The translations under genes and the position numbers were made by a program. The notes beneath the pieces are model-generated. The model was not told the DNA's origin, made no database searches, and was given only the letters and a program-made list of their open reading frames with translations. From an uncultured Candidatus Entotheonella sp. (GTDB lineage Bacteria > Tectomicrobia > Entotheonellia > Entotheonellales > Entotheonellaceae), in contig OZ244252.1 in NCBI GenBank assembly GCA_965217185.1, positions 3,936,001 through 4,000,000 on the forward strand: DNA of 64,000 bases, in the 5' to 3' direction. Positions 1 to 8,691 of this stretch are shown here, piece after piece; position 1 is the stretch's first letter, and each line of letters begins with the position of its first letter.

Positions 1-2
1 CC

Positions 3-1958
3 ATCATGCAAGGCGTACACAGCAATTACGACACCGACCTGCTGCGGCCGATCATCGGCGCCGTGGAGGAGTTGGTCGGCAAACCCTACGGCGACGGCCA
101 GGCGGACGACGTGTCGATGCGGGTGATCGCCGACCACATGCGCGCCGGCGTGTTTTTGCTGGCCGACGGCGTGCGGCCCGAAAACACCGGTCGCGGCTAC
201 GTGCTGCGGCGCATCCTGCGCCGTGCCGCGCGGCACGGCAAGATGCTCGGCCTCGACGAGCCGTTCCTGTACCGTCTGGTAGACGCCGTGCTGCAGGTCA
301 TGGGCGCGGCGTACCCGGAACTCACGCAGCAGAGCGACTATATCGCCAAAGCGCTGCTAGGCGAGGAGGAGCGTTTTCTGCACACCCTGCACCAGGGCTT
401 GCGCGAACTGGACGCCCTGCTGGAGCAGCACCACGCCGACGGCAGCAAGCGCATCACCGGCTCGGAAGCCTTCCGCCTTTACGACACCTTCGGCTTTCCC
501 ATCGATCTGGCTACGGAAGTCGCGGTGGAAAGGGGCATGGACCTTGACCGCGAGGGATTTGAGGCCGCCCTGGAGAGCACCCGCCAGCAGGCGCGGGAGA
601 CCTGGAAAGGCTCCGGCGAGGTGCAGGTATCGCCGGTGTACCAGAACGTGCTGCAACACGTCGGCGGCTGCGATTTTCTCGGCTACGCGACTGATCGGAC
701 GACCACCCCGGTGGCGGCAATCATCGTGGACCAGCAGGCGGTGCGGGAGGCGTCGCCCGGCCAGGAGATCGAGTTGGTGTTCCCGCGCACGCCGTTCTAT
801 GGCGAGGGCGGCGGCCAGGTCGGCGACAGCGGCGTCGCGGTGGCGCCAGAGTTGGGCGTCGAGATCGAAATCCGCGACACCCAGAAGCCCCTGGAGGACC
901 TGATCGTGCACCGGGGCGTGGTCAAGCGCGGCGTCGTCAAGCCGGACATGCCGCTGGAGCTGGCCATCGACGCCGAACGCCGCGAAGCCATCCGCAAGAA
1001 CCACACCGCCACCCACCTGCTGCACGCCGCGCTGCGCCAGGTGCTCGGCGATCACGTCAAGCAGGCCGGGTCGCTCGTGGCGCCGGACCGCTTGCGCTTC
1101 GACTTCACGCATTTCTCGCGCCTCAGCGAACGCGACATCGAGCGCATCGAAACGCTGGTGAACGAGCAGATCTGGGCCAACACGGCCCTCGCCACCTCGG
1201 TGCAGGACCTCGATTCAGCCATTGCCGGCGGCGCCCTGGCTCTGTTCGGCGAGAAGTACGGCGACAGCGTCCGCACCGTGCAGGTGCCGGGCTTCAGCCA
1301 CGAACTGTGCGGCGGCACGCACGTCGGTGCCACCGGGGAGATCGGCTTTTTCACCCTGACGTACGAGGGCGGCATCGGCTCCGGCGTGCGGCGCGTCGAG
1401 GCGCTGACCGGCCCCGGCGCCTTTGCGCGGGTGAAGCGCGAGGAGCGCGTGCTCAGCGACCTGCGCCAGGTGCTGAAGGCGCAGCCCGACGAAGAGCTGG
1501 ACAAATTGCAGCGGCTTACGGCGCAGCAGCGCGAGCTGGAACGGCAGATCGAGGCGCTGCAGCAACGCCTGGCCTCGGCGCAGACGCAGGACCATTTCGG
1601 CAACGTCCAGGAGGTGGCGGGCATGAAGACGCTGGCACTGTGCCTGGACAACTTCGACCGCAAGGCACTGCGCTCGTTCGTGGATACCGCTAAGGAACGG
1701 CTGGGCTCCGGCGTCGTGGTGGCCGGCAGCGTGGCGGACGACAAGGTCGCCCTGGTGGCGGGCGTCACGCCGGACCTGACGGCGCGCCTGTCGGCGGGCG
1801 ACCTGCTCGGCAAGGTGGCGGCGTTGACCGGCGGCAAGGGCGGCGGCCGGCCCGACATGGCGCAGGGCGGCGGCACGGATGCCGGCAAGCTGCCGGAAGC
1901 CATCGCCCAGGTGCCGGACATCATCACGGCCTTGGTTGGCAAGGAGGATGAGGCGTGA
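3..1958 (+). CDS. alaS: Alanine--tRNA ligase (5' end outside window)
   Basis: Motifs RVIADH, GRGYVLRRILRRA, TPFYGEGGGQVGD, NHTATHLLH, ELCGGTHV and C-terminal GGKGGGRPDMAQGGG; frame open from window start. Confidence 0.98.
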   Translation: MMQGVHSNYDTDLLRPIIGAVEELVGKPYGDGQADDVSMRVIADHMRAGVFLLADGVRPENTGRGYVLRRILRRAARHGKMLGLDEPFLYRLVDAVLQVMGAAYPELTQQSDYIAKALLGEEERFLHTLHQGLRELDALLEQHHADGSKRITGSEAFRLYDTFGFPIDLATEVAVERGMDLDREGFEAALESTRQQARETWKGSGEVQVSPVYQNVLQHVGGCDFLGYATDRTTTPVAAIIVDQQAVREASPGQEIELVFPRTPFYGEGGGQVGDSGVAVAPELGVEIEIRDTQKPLEDLIVHRGVVKRGVVKPDMPLELAIDAERREAIRKNHTATHLLHAALRQVLGDHVKQAGSLVAPDRLRFDFTHFSRLSERDIERIETLVNEQIWANTALATSVQDLDSAIAGGALALFGEKYGDSVRTVQVPGFSHELCGGTHVGATGEIGFFTLTYEGGIGSGVRRVEALTGPGAFARVKREERVLSDLRQVLKAQPDEELDKLQRLTAQQRELERQIEALQQRLASAQTQDHFGNVQEVAGMKTLALCLDNFDRKALRSFVDTAKERLGSGVVVAGSVADDKVALVAGVTPDLTARLSAGDLLGKVAALTGGKGGGRPDMAQGGGTDAGKLPEAIAQVPDIITALVGKEDEA

Positions 1959-2473
1959 ACCAGGACAGAAAAGCCGAGCCGCCCTGGAGCCATATCGACG
2001 CGCAAGGCCGCGCCAACATGGTCGACGTGGGCGCCAAGCCGACAAGCGAGCGCCAAGCGGTGGCGCGCGGCGCCGTTTACATGCAGGCGGTCACCCTGCG
2101 GGCCATCGTCGATCAGGAAATCAGCAAGGGCGACGTGCTCCAGGTGGCGCGCATCGCCGGCATCATGGCCGCCAAGCAGACGTCGTCGCTCATTCCCATG
2201 TGCCACCCGCTGGAGATCACCCACGTCAAGGTCGATCTGCAACCCGACGCCGTGGCCGCCTGCGTGCGACTCGAAGCCACCGTGCGCACCGTGGGGCGCA
2301 CGGGGGTCGAGATGGAGGCGCTGACCGCGGTCAGCGTCGCGGGGCTGACCGTCTACGACATGTGCAAGAGCCTGGACCGGCAGATGCGTCTCGGCGACGT
2401 GGAGTTACTCTCCAAGAGTGGTGGCAAGAGCGGGCGGTACACGCATCCCGATTATCGCGGTCAGGAGGGATGA
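1955..2473 (+). CDS. moaC: Cyclic pyranopterin monophosphate synthase MoaC
   Basis: SHID..GRANMVDV, LIPMCHPL, GVEMEAL, YDMCK, SKSGGKSG; GTGA overlap with alaS stop. Confidence 0.97.
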   Translation: MNQDRKAEPPWSHIDAQGRANMVDVGAKPTSERQAVARGAVYMQAVTLRAIVDQEISKGDVLQVARIAGIMAAKQTSSLIPMCHPLEITHVKVDLQPDAVAACVRLEATVRTVGRTGVEMEALTAVSVAGLTVYDMCKSLDRQMRLGDVELLSKSGGKSGRYTHPDYRGQEG

Positions 2474-2474
2474 C

Positions 2475-2768
2475 ATGAACCGGAGCGAGTTCTGGACGAT
2501 CATTGCGGCGGCCGCCGCCGTAGTCGTTTTATTGTGGACGATCTGGAGCGACGTTGCCGAAAACCGGCGCGCCATCAGCCAGGGATTCATCGAGGTTCAC
2601 AAGGAGGTCGCCGGTGTGCACAAGGTACTGGCTGCGATCCAGGTAAGCATTGCGGACCTTCGCACCGAGATGATCCGCGAGACATCACAGAACCGCGAAG
2701 ACATCAGCAAGGTGAACTCGCGGATCGACGTTCTGGAGGCGGCGAGGGAGCAAAGGCCCGCCGAATGA
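2475..2768 (+). CDS. Small hypothetical protein, N-terminal TM helix followed by a coiled coil
   Basis: ATG 2475 after GGAGGGA; hydrophobic FWTIIAAAAAVVVLLWTIW, then heptad-like segment. Confidence 0.7.
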   Translation: MNRSEFWTIIAAAAAVVVLLWTIWSDVAENRRAISQGFIEVHKEVAGVHKVLAAIQVSIADLRTEMIRETSQNREDISKVNSRIDVLEAAREQRPAE

Positions 2769-2790
2769 CTTTGCAAAAGGAACCAACGAC

Positions 2791-3879
2791 ATGCAGGTAA
2801 CGCACGTGAAGACCCGGGTGCTGAGCACGCCGGCTGACAATCCCCTGGTGGTCGGGCTGCCGGTTGGCGACGCGACCCGCGAGTTCGTCACCTTGGAACT
2901 GGGCACCGACGCAGGATTGACGGGCATCGGGCTGACCTTCTTCGGCGGCCCGCTGACCAAGGCGCTGCGGGAAGCCATCGAGGCGCTGGGCGCCCTCGTG
3001 GTGGGCGAGAACCCGCTGTACGTCGAGCGTATCGCCGACAAGCTGCGCGGAGCGGCCAGCGGCGCCGGGCCCGGCGGCATTTTCACCCTGGCCATGGCGG
3101 CTATCGACTTGGCGCTGTGGGACCTGAAGGGCAAGGCGCTCGACCAGCCGGTGCACGCCCTGCTCGGCGGCTACCGCGACCGTGCCCCCACCTACGCCAG
3201 CGGCGCCCTGATGCGCGATTTTCCCACCCCCTACCTGAAGGACGCCGGACCGCGCCTGGTGGACATGGGCTTCCGGCAGATGAAGATGCAGCTTGGCGGC
3301 GAGCTGACCGTCGAGCGCGAGTTGGAGCGCGTGCGACTGATCCGCGACGGCATCGGCGCCGAGATCGACCTGATGTGCGACATCAACCAGTTGTGGAACG
3401 TCAACCAGGCCATCGACATGGGCCGGCGGCTGGAGCCGTTCGACCTGTTCTGGCTGGAGGACGTGGTGGCACACGACGACTTCCAAGGACTGGCGCGCGT
3501 CGCCGATGCCCTGACCACGCCCATCGCCACCGGCGAGTACCATTACGGCATCGTGCCGTTCCGCCACATGCTGGAGGCGCGCTCCGTCGACATCGTCATG
3601 ATCGACGTGCTGCGCGCCGGCGGCATCACGCAGTGGATGAAGATCGCTGGCATGGCCGAGGCGTTCAACCTGCCGGTGGTCAGCCACCTGCTGCCGGAAA
3701 TCCACGTGCACATGATGGCCGCCATCCCCAACGGCCTGACCATCGAGTACATGCCCTGGAGCCTGCGTCTGTTCGAGGAAACCCCGGCTCTCGAGGACGG
3801 TCAACTGGTGGTGCCGTCCAAGCCCGGCCTGGGGCTGGCCTTCTCCGCCGAGACCATCAAGCGCTATGAGGTCAGCTAA
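2791..3879 (+). CDS. Mandelate racemase/muconate lactonizing enzyme family (enolase superfamily)
   Basis: AAIDLALWDLKGK, MCDINQ, FWLED, IATGE, GGITQW, PGLG. Confidence 0.93.
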   Translation: MQVTHVKTRVLSTPADNPLVVGLPVGDATREFVTLELGTDAGLTGIGLTFFGGPLTKALREAIEALGALVVGENPLYVERIADKLRGAASGAGPGGIFTLAMAAIDLALWDLKGKALDQPVHALLGGYRDRAPTYASGALMRDFPTPYLKDAGPRLVDMGFRQMKMQLGGELTVERELERVRLIRDGIGAEIDLMCDINQLWNVNQAIDMGRRLEPFDLFWLEDVVAHDDFQGLARVADALTTPIATGEYHYGIVPFRHMLEARSVDIVMIDVLRAGGITQWMKIAGMAEAFNLPVVSHLLPEIHVHMMAAIPNGLTIEYMPWSLRLFEETPALEDGQLVVPSKPGLGLAFSAETIKRYEVS

Positions 3880-3917
3880 AGCACTTTCGGATCAAGACGG
3901 CCTGTCGCCAGGGCTTT

Positions 3918-4030
3918 CCCCCTCACCCCAACCCTCTCCCACCAAGGGAGAGGGAGTAAACCCCCTTTGTGTTGGAAGGTTAAGTCTGATCCCCTCCCCC
4001 CGCCGCGGGGGAGGGCTAGGGAGAGGGGGC
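3918..4030. repeat. Two inverted copies of a REP-like palindromic element (CCCTCACCCCAACCCTCTCCC-n-GGGAGAGGG)
   Basis: Copies at 3918-3955 and 3991-4030; a near-identical reverse-complement copy lies at 59052-59090. Confidence 0.8.
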
Positions 4031-4032
4031 AT

Positions 4033-5553
4033 ATGAGGCGGCCGGAGTCTTCCCGTTGCGATCAGAACCGAAAATGCTCTAAGCCGCCCGAGCGGCCTTT
4101 TGCCCCCCGCACCTACGGCAGGCTGGAACAGGTGACGCCGCGCGTCTACTTGTTCCGCAACGTGGTCAACAGCGTGGTGGTGCTGGGGGACGACGCCGTG
4201 GCAGTGATCGACACGCAGGTGAATGCGCCGATGGCGCGGCGCCTGCTGGCACACGTGCGGGAGTTGTCCGACAAGCCGCTGCGCTGGGCCGTCAACACGC
4301 ACTATCACTGGGATCACACCGCCGGCAACGGCGTCTTCCGGGAAGCCGGCGCAACCCTCGTTTCCAGCGCCCTGACGCGGGAATTCATGCACACGCGGGC
4401 CGCCCGGCAGCAGGCGTTCCTCGCCTCGCGCGGCTTTGAGCTCGGGCCGGAGCCCTGCCTGGCGGATGAGACGGTAGCGGGCGAGCGAGAGATCGACATC
4501 GGCAACCAGCGCCTGGTGCTGAAGCCGCTGGGCGCGGCGGAAACCGACGACGCCCTGGCAGTCCACCTGCCGCAGGAAGGCTGCGTGGCGGCGGGCGATA
4601 CGGTGATGACCGGCAGCTTTCCGATGTTCGGCCAGCCGGTGATGGACGAAGGGCTGATGGGTACGCCGCGCTGGCTGGACACCCTGGCTGCCATCGAGCG
4701 CCTAAAGCCGGAGCACGTGCTCCCCGGCCACGGCCCCGTGGCCCACGAGGCGGAACTGTCCTTCCTCAAACGCCTCGAACGCTACTTCCTGGATGAAGTC
4801 GCCGCCCGCGTGGCGCGCGGCATGCCGCTGCCGGCATTGCTGGCCGATCTGGAGGCGCAACTGCCCGAGTGGATCATGGCGATTCCGGTCGTCTGGGGCA
4901 CGCCACGCTACGCCATCCTGCGCGTTTACCGCGGCCTGGTGCAGAGCGAGGGCGATGAACCCGGCTGGCAGCAATTCAAGCCGTCGGCCATTCCCTGTTC
5001 CGACCCCGGCCGCGTGTCAGCGGCCTGCGAAGGGCTGACGACCGTTGCATCGTTCCAAGCCGCCGCTCAGGAATTTGCCGAAGGCGGCGACCCCGGCAGC
5101 GCCATCGCCACTGCCCGCCGCGCCACCGAATGCCTGCCGGATCAGCCGGCCGCTTGGGTCTGCCTCGCGGACTATCTCGTGCGCGGCGCCACGCATGCCG
5201 CCAGCGTGCTCGAAAAAGGCGACTTCTTCGCGCCGGCCCGCGCCGCCTTGCAACATGCTCTTGACCTCGACCCCGCCTACGCCCCGGCCCGCCTCGCCCT
5301 CGGCCGCTTTCTCGTCATGTCGGCTTACCGCAACGGCCACGACCCTGATCCCGGCATGACCCATTTGCATCACGTCATCGACGCCGCGCCCAAGGACGCC
5401 GCCCTCCTGGCCGACGCTCACTTCTACCTCGGCATGGCGCACCGCACCCAATCCGACGAACCGCAGGCCCGCGCCGCTTTCACCACCGCCCTTCGCCTCC
5501 TGCCAACTCATCACGCCGCCCGCCTCGCCCTCGCTGCAAGCGAGACATGCTGA
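4033..5553 (+). CDS. Metallo-beta-lactamase-fold hydrolase fused to C-terminal TPR-like repeats
   Basis: VIDT, NTHYHWDH, AGD and VLPGHG motifs; C-terminal ALDLDPAYAPARLALG and AHFYLGMAH repeats. Confidence 0.85.
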   Translation: MRRPESSRCDQNRKCSKPPERPFAPRTYGRLEQVTPRVYLFRNVVNSVVVLGDDAVAVIDTQVNAPMARRLLAHVRELSDKPLRWAVNTHYHWDHTAGNGVFREAGATLVSSALTREFMHTRAARQQAFLASRGFELGPEPCLADETVAGEREIDIGNQRLVLKPLGAAETDDALAVHLPQEGCVAAGDTVMTGSFPMFGQPVMDEGLMGTPRWLDTLAAIERLKPEHVLPGHGPVAHEAELSFLKRLERYFLDEVAARVARGMPLPALLADLEAQLPEWIMAIPVVWGTPRYAILRVYRGLVQSEGDEPGWQQFKPSAIPCSDPGRVSAACEGLTTVASFQAAAQEFAEGGDPGSAIATARRATECLPDQPAAWVCLADYLVRGATHAASVLEKGDFFAPARAALQHALDLDPAYAPARLALGRFLVMSAYRNGHDPDPGMTHLHHVIDAAPKDAALLADAHFYLGMAHRTQSDEPQARAAFTTALRLLPTHHAARLALAASETC

Positions 5554-5563
5554 CGGTGCCGGG

Positions 5564-6264
5564 TCAATGCGATTCCAGCAGATGTTCCAACCGGGATAAC
5601 CAATCAGCGAAATGGGGACACTGGCCGCGAATCGTGTCGAGGCCGATGTGCAAGGCGGCGTTGGTGCCGTCCAAGGGCTTTTGGTAGCCGGGCACCAGGG
5701 CCGTAATACGCTTGGAGGGAGCGGTGAACGGAGAATCGTTGAAGTGTTCCGGGGTGTCGAATTGGTCTCGGATGTCCTGGAAGTCTCTGACAAGTTGAGC
5801 CCCGTTGCCGATTCCCTCCGCGAAGCGTCGGCAGTCACTGAACAGTAGGGCTTCGAACTCGTGCATCATGACGAACGGCACGAATCGGCTGTCGTTGAAT
5901 CCGTGGTCCGTGTGCCTGATGACATCATCGTGGAGGGCATTTTCGACGCTGACCGGCCTGCACGGAAATGGCAACTGGGCAGAATCAACGCGCTTGGGCA
6001 AGCGCGAGTGCCCGTCTGCGGCAGGCCATAGTAATCCACCATCGTGCTGACGACGCACCCAGTATCAGCATTCAAATGATTGACGATACCCTGCCGCACC
6101 GACGACCAAGCACGACCCCCACCGCGTCCAGACCGTTGACGGGCATTCCCCATCAATCGGGCACCGACCTGGGAATAACCGATACGGTAAAGATGCGGCG
6201 CGAGTAATTTGTTGACGAATGTTTCTTCGGTTTCGCCTTCGACATGGACCAGCAATCGTGTCAT
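5564..6264 (-). pseudogene. DUF4276-like protein split by a 1-nt frameshift near 5999
   Basis: N-terminal RLLVHVEGETEETF...TMVDYYGL (5866-6264) and C-terminal MHEFEALLF...PEHFND...PSKRI...CPHFADWL (5564-6058) in another frame; one extra G restores ...RAWPKRV... Confidence 0.8.
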
Positions 6265-6285
6265 GCGCTGTAAATCCGTGGGGCG

Positions 6286-7368
6286 TCAAGCCGGGCGGCC
6301 GCCAATCTCGTTCTTCTCCCACAGTTGCCCAAGGCTGTAATCCTCCAGCCACGCTTCCAAACCCTTGGAGTCAAGACGCGTAAAGGTCACTTCACCGTTT
6401 ACCCGGTCAGCCATGATCACGTCTTCCGGCTCAAAATGGTCGAGCAGGAAGGGAGACTGGGTGGCCATGACGACTTGTGTCTCCAGGGAAGCCTTTTTGA
6501 CCAAGGAAGCCAGCATGGTGATGGCATATGGGTGCAGGCCGAGTTCGGGCTCGTCCAGAAGAATGACAGACGGCCGTGTCTCTGGCGGCTGCTGCAAGAG
6601 GGTGGTCAGGGCGATGAAGCGCAAAGTGCCGTCCGAAAGCGACGCTACGTCGAAATCGGCATCCGAATCCCGGTGCCGCCATTGAAGGCGAATGGTGTCT
6701 TCGTTGAGTGCCAGCGGCGCCAGGAAAAAATCGTCGAAAAACGGGGCAACCAGTTGGATAGTGCGTCGAATCAGATTGTAGCCGACCTCGTGTTTTTGGC
6801 GTAAAAGGTACAGGAACGAGGCCAAATTCGAGCCGTCCTCACGCAAGAAGCGATTGTCGTGCACATCCCACGTTCTCTTCATCGGTGACACGCTGCTGGT
6901 GTCCTGGAAATGATAGTGGCGCCACGTGTCCAGATAGTCACGAATGCATGCCGGAATTTCCGTTCCGAAGCGCGTATCAGCGATTCCCGCCTCGCCGCTG
7001 GAACCCACTAACGTGTATTCAGTCGTTTCGTCCCGCACAGTCTGCGTTTCTGGAAACAGCGAGTCGTCATCCCTCGGGACAAGTTTTATCTCGTATTGAT
7101 TAGCACCTTGGTTAAAGGAGACGAAAATTCTGAGTTCCGTAGTCACTCTGGCGCCAAAGTGCAGGATGCGGTTCGCGCCCCCGGCCGTCCCGACGTAGTG
7201 CCGGAGCCGTTCCCTCCAAATCGCCCGCAAGAACGCAAAAGCCTCAATAAAGCTTGATTTGCCGGAGCCGTTCGGACCGATCAGGACGTTGATCGGGCCG
7301 AGCTTCAGGCGCTCCACGTTCTTGATGCTCTTGAATCCCTTGATGGTAATGCAGTCGAGAGTGGCCAT
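6286..7368 (-). CDS. ABC/AAA_21-type ATPase (AbiEii/RecF-like)
   Basis: IKGFKSI, Walker A GPNGSGKS, signature LSDGT, Walker B LLDEPELGLHP, ATQSP; ends LGQLWEKNEIGGRP. Confidence 0.92.
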   Translation of the reverse strand: MATLDCITIKGFKSIKNVERLKLGPINVLIGPNGSGKSSFIEAFAFLRAIWRERLRHYVGTAGGANRILHFGARVTTELRIFVSFNQGANQYEIKLVPRDDDSLFPETQTVRDETTEYTLVGSSGEAGIADTRFGTEIPACIRDYLDTWRHYHFQDTSSVSPMKRTWDVHDNRFLREDGSNLASFLYLLRQKHEVGYNLIRRTIQLVAPFFDDFFLAPLALNEDTIRLQWRHRDSDADFDVASLSDGTLRFIALTTLLQQPPETRPSVILLDEPELGLHPYAITMLASLVKKASLETQVVMATQSPFLLDHFEPEDVIMADRVNGEVTFTRLDSKGLEAWLEDYSLGQLWEKNEIGGRPA

Positions 7369-7563
7369 GACTTCCGCTCGGGAAACGACGTTGGCAGGGT
7401 GCGAAGGAATTCTGTTCCCCCCGTTGAACCGATGCGCGATTATACACGCAGCTTGTAGCAGGAACAGTCGAGCACCGAACCGGCGCATCTTCCCTCAATC
7501 CGTCTATCGGTTTATGATTCGGATGGAAAGCGGCTTAAAACACAAATAAAGGGAGGCAGGTGA

Positions 7564-8196
7564 ATGGAAACCGTTATCGTTGCCATTATCGGTATCGTCG
7601 GGGCGCTGCTGGCGGGAGCGATCGGGCGTCCGGGGCAAGTCGAACCGGGAGCGGCATCGACCGGGGTGGACCCGGTGGCACGGGTGGCGGCCCTGGTCGG
7701 CGGGGTGTTGGGACTGACTGCGGTTGTCCTCGTCGTCATGGTGTCCGTGGGGCCGCTACATCGGCTCGAAGAAGTGGGCCAGCGCCTTGAGGACCTCGGC
7801 CACCTGACCGTCAAATCCACCAAGACCCTCGCCGACTTCGCCGCCTCGCCGGACGAGATCGGCGCCGCTGCTCAGATCAAGGTGCTGACAGCCGCCGCCA
7901 AGGCCATTCTCGACGGCAACGGACCCCAGATCATGACCGCCGCCGGCAGGCGCTGGGCGGTCGGCGACGTAGTTTACGTCAACGAAGGCCAATGGATCAC
8001 GCCGCTGCATCCCCAAGGCCGCCGCGACCGCACCCCCGCCAGCGAAACCTGCGGCATCGAACCCGCCGGCACCCTGACCATCCGCGGCTTCAGCGAACCC
8101 CGCCGAGTAGCCCTTCTCCAATACACCCCGCCCGGTGCTGTCACCTCCGGCACCCGCTGCCCCTCCGGCACGTACTTCTTCTACCGGGTCAAGTGA
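7564..8196 (+). CDS. Hypothetical membrane-anchored protein (two N-terminal hydrophobic helices, Cys-containing C-terminal domain)
   Basis: Strong RBS GGGAGG; 210-aa ORF with hydrophobic N-terminal segments. Confidence 0.7.
   Translation: METVIVAIIGIVGALLAGAIGRPGQVEPGAASTGVDPVARVAALVGGVLGLTAVVLVVMVSVGPLHRLEEVGQRLEDLGHLTVKSTKTLADFAASPDEIGAAAQIKVLTAAAKAILDGNGPQIMTAAGRRWAVGDVVYVNEGQWITPLHPQGRRDRTPASETCGIEPAGTLTIRGFSEPRRVALLQYTPPGAVTSGTRCPSGTYFFYRVK
8002..8196 (+). repeat. Left copy of imperfect direct repeat flanking the BREX locus (3' end of gene 7564-8196)
   Basis: Blocks 8002-8058 (57 nt), 8109-8136 (28 nt) and 8150-8180 (31 nt) are identical to 21819-21875, 21889-21916 and 21927-21957. Confidence 0.92.
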
Positions 8197-8208
8197 AGGA
8201 AAAGCGTG

Positions 8209-8657
8209 ATGGCGGAACCCCTTGCAGACCAGATCATGTGCAAGGCCAAGCAAGCCGTCGAACTCTATCATCGGTTGATACTGCTCGTTGCGCCAGCCAG
8301 CGCCGGCAAGACCGGTGCGCCGTTGGTCAATGTCACCCTCGATCTTTCTCGCCGGATGCTGGAATTGACCAAGCGTCAGCGGGCGCCATACAGCTACCTA
8401 GTCTCCTTCAAGAGGTCGCCGGCAATAGTGGCGGCGAGATGATCCTGCTCGACAACATTGAAGTCATCTTCGACGTTGGCCTGAAACAGGACCCGCTTCG
8501 GTTACTTCAGGGACTCTCCCGCAACAAGACCGTGGTGGCTGCATGGAACGGCGCCATCGTTGACGATTCTTTGACCTATGCCGTTCCGGCCCATCCGGAA
8601 TACAGGCGCTATCCAATGCGTGATATTCTGGCGGTAAGCCCGGAGGCGACGACATGA
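8209..8657 (+). pseudogene. brxF: BREX-3 P-loop protein BrxF, frameshifted
   Basis: LYHRLILLVAPASAGKT...NVTLDLSRRML in one frame; LLDNIEVIF...QDPLRLLQGLSRNKTVVAAWNG...LTYAVPAHPEYRRY in another; shift near 8385. Confidence 0.85.
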
Positions 8658-8691
8658 AGACAACAAACTTCGTTGCAAGAGAGTAGGTGCG

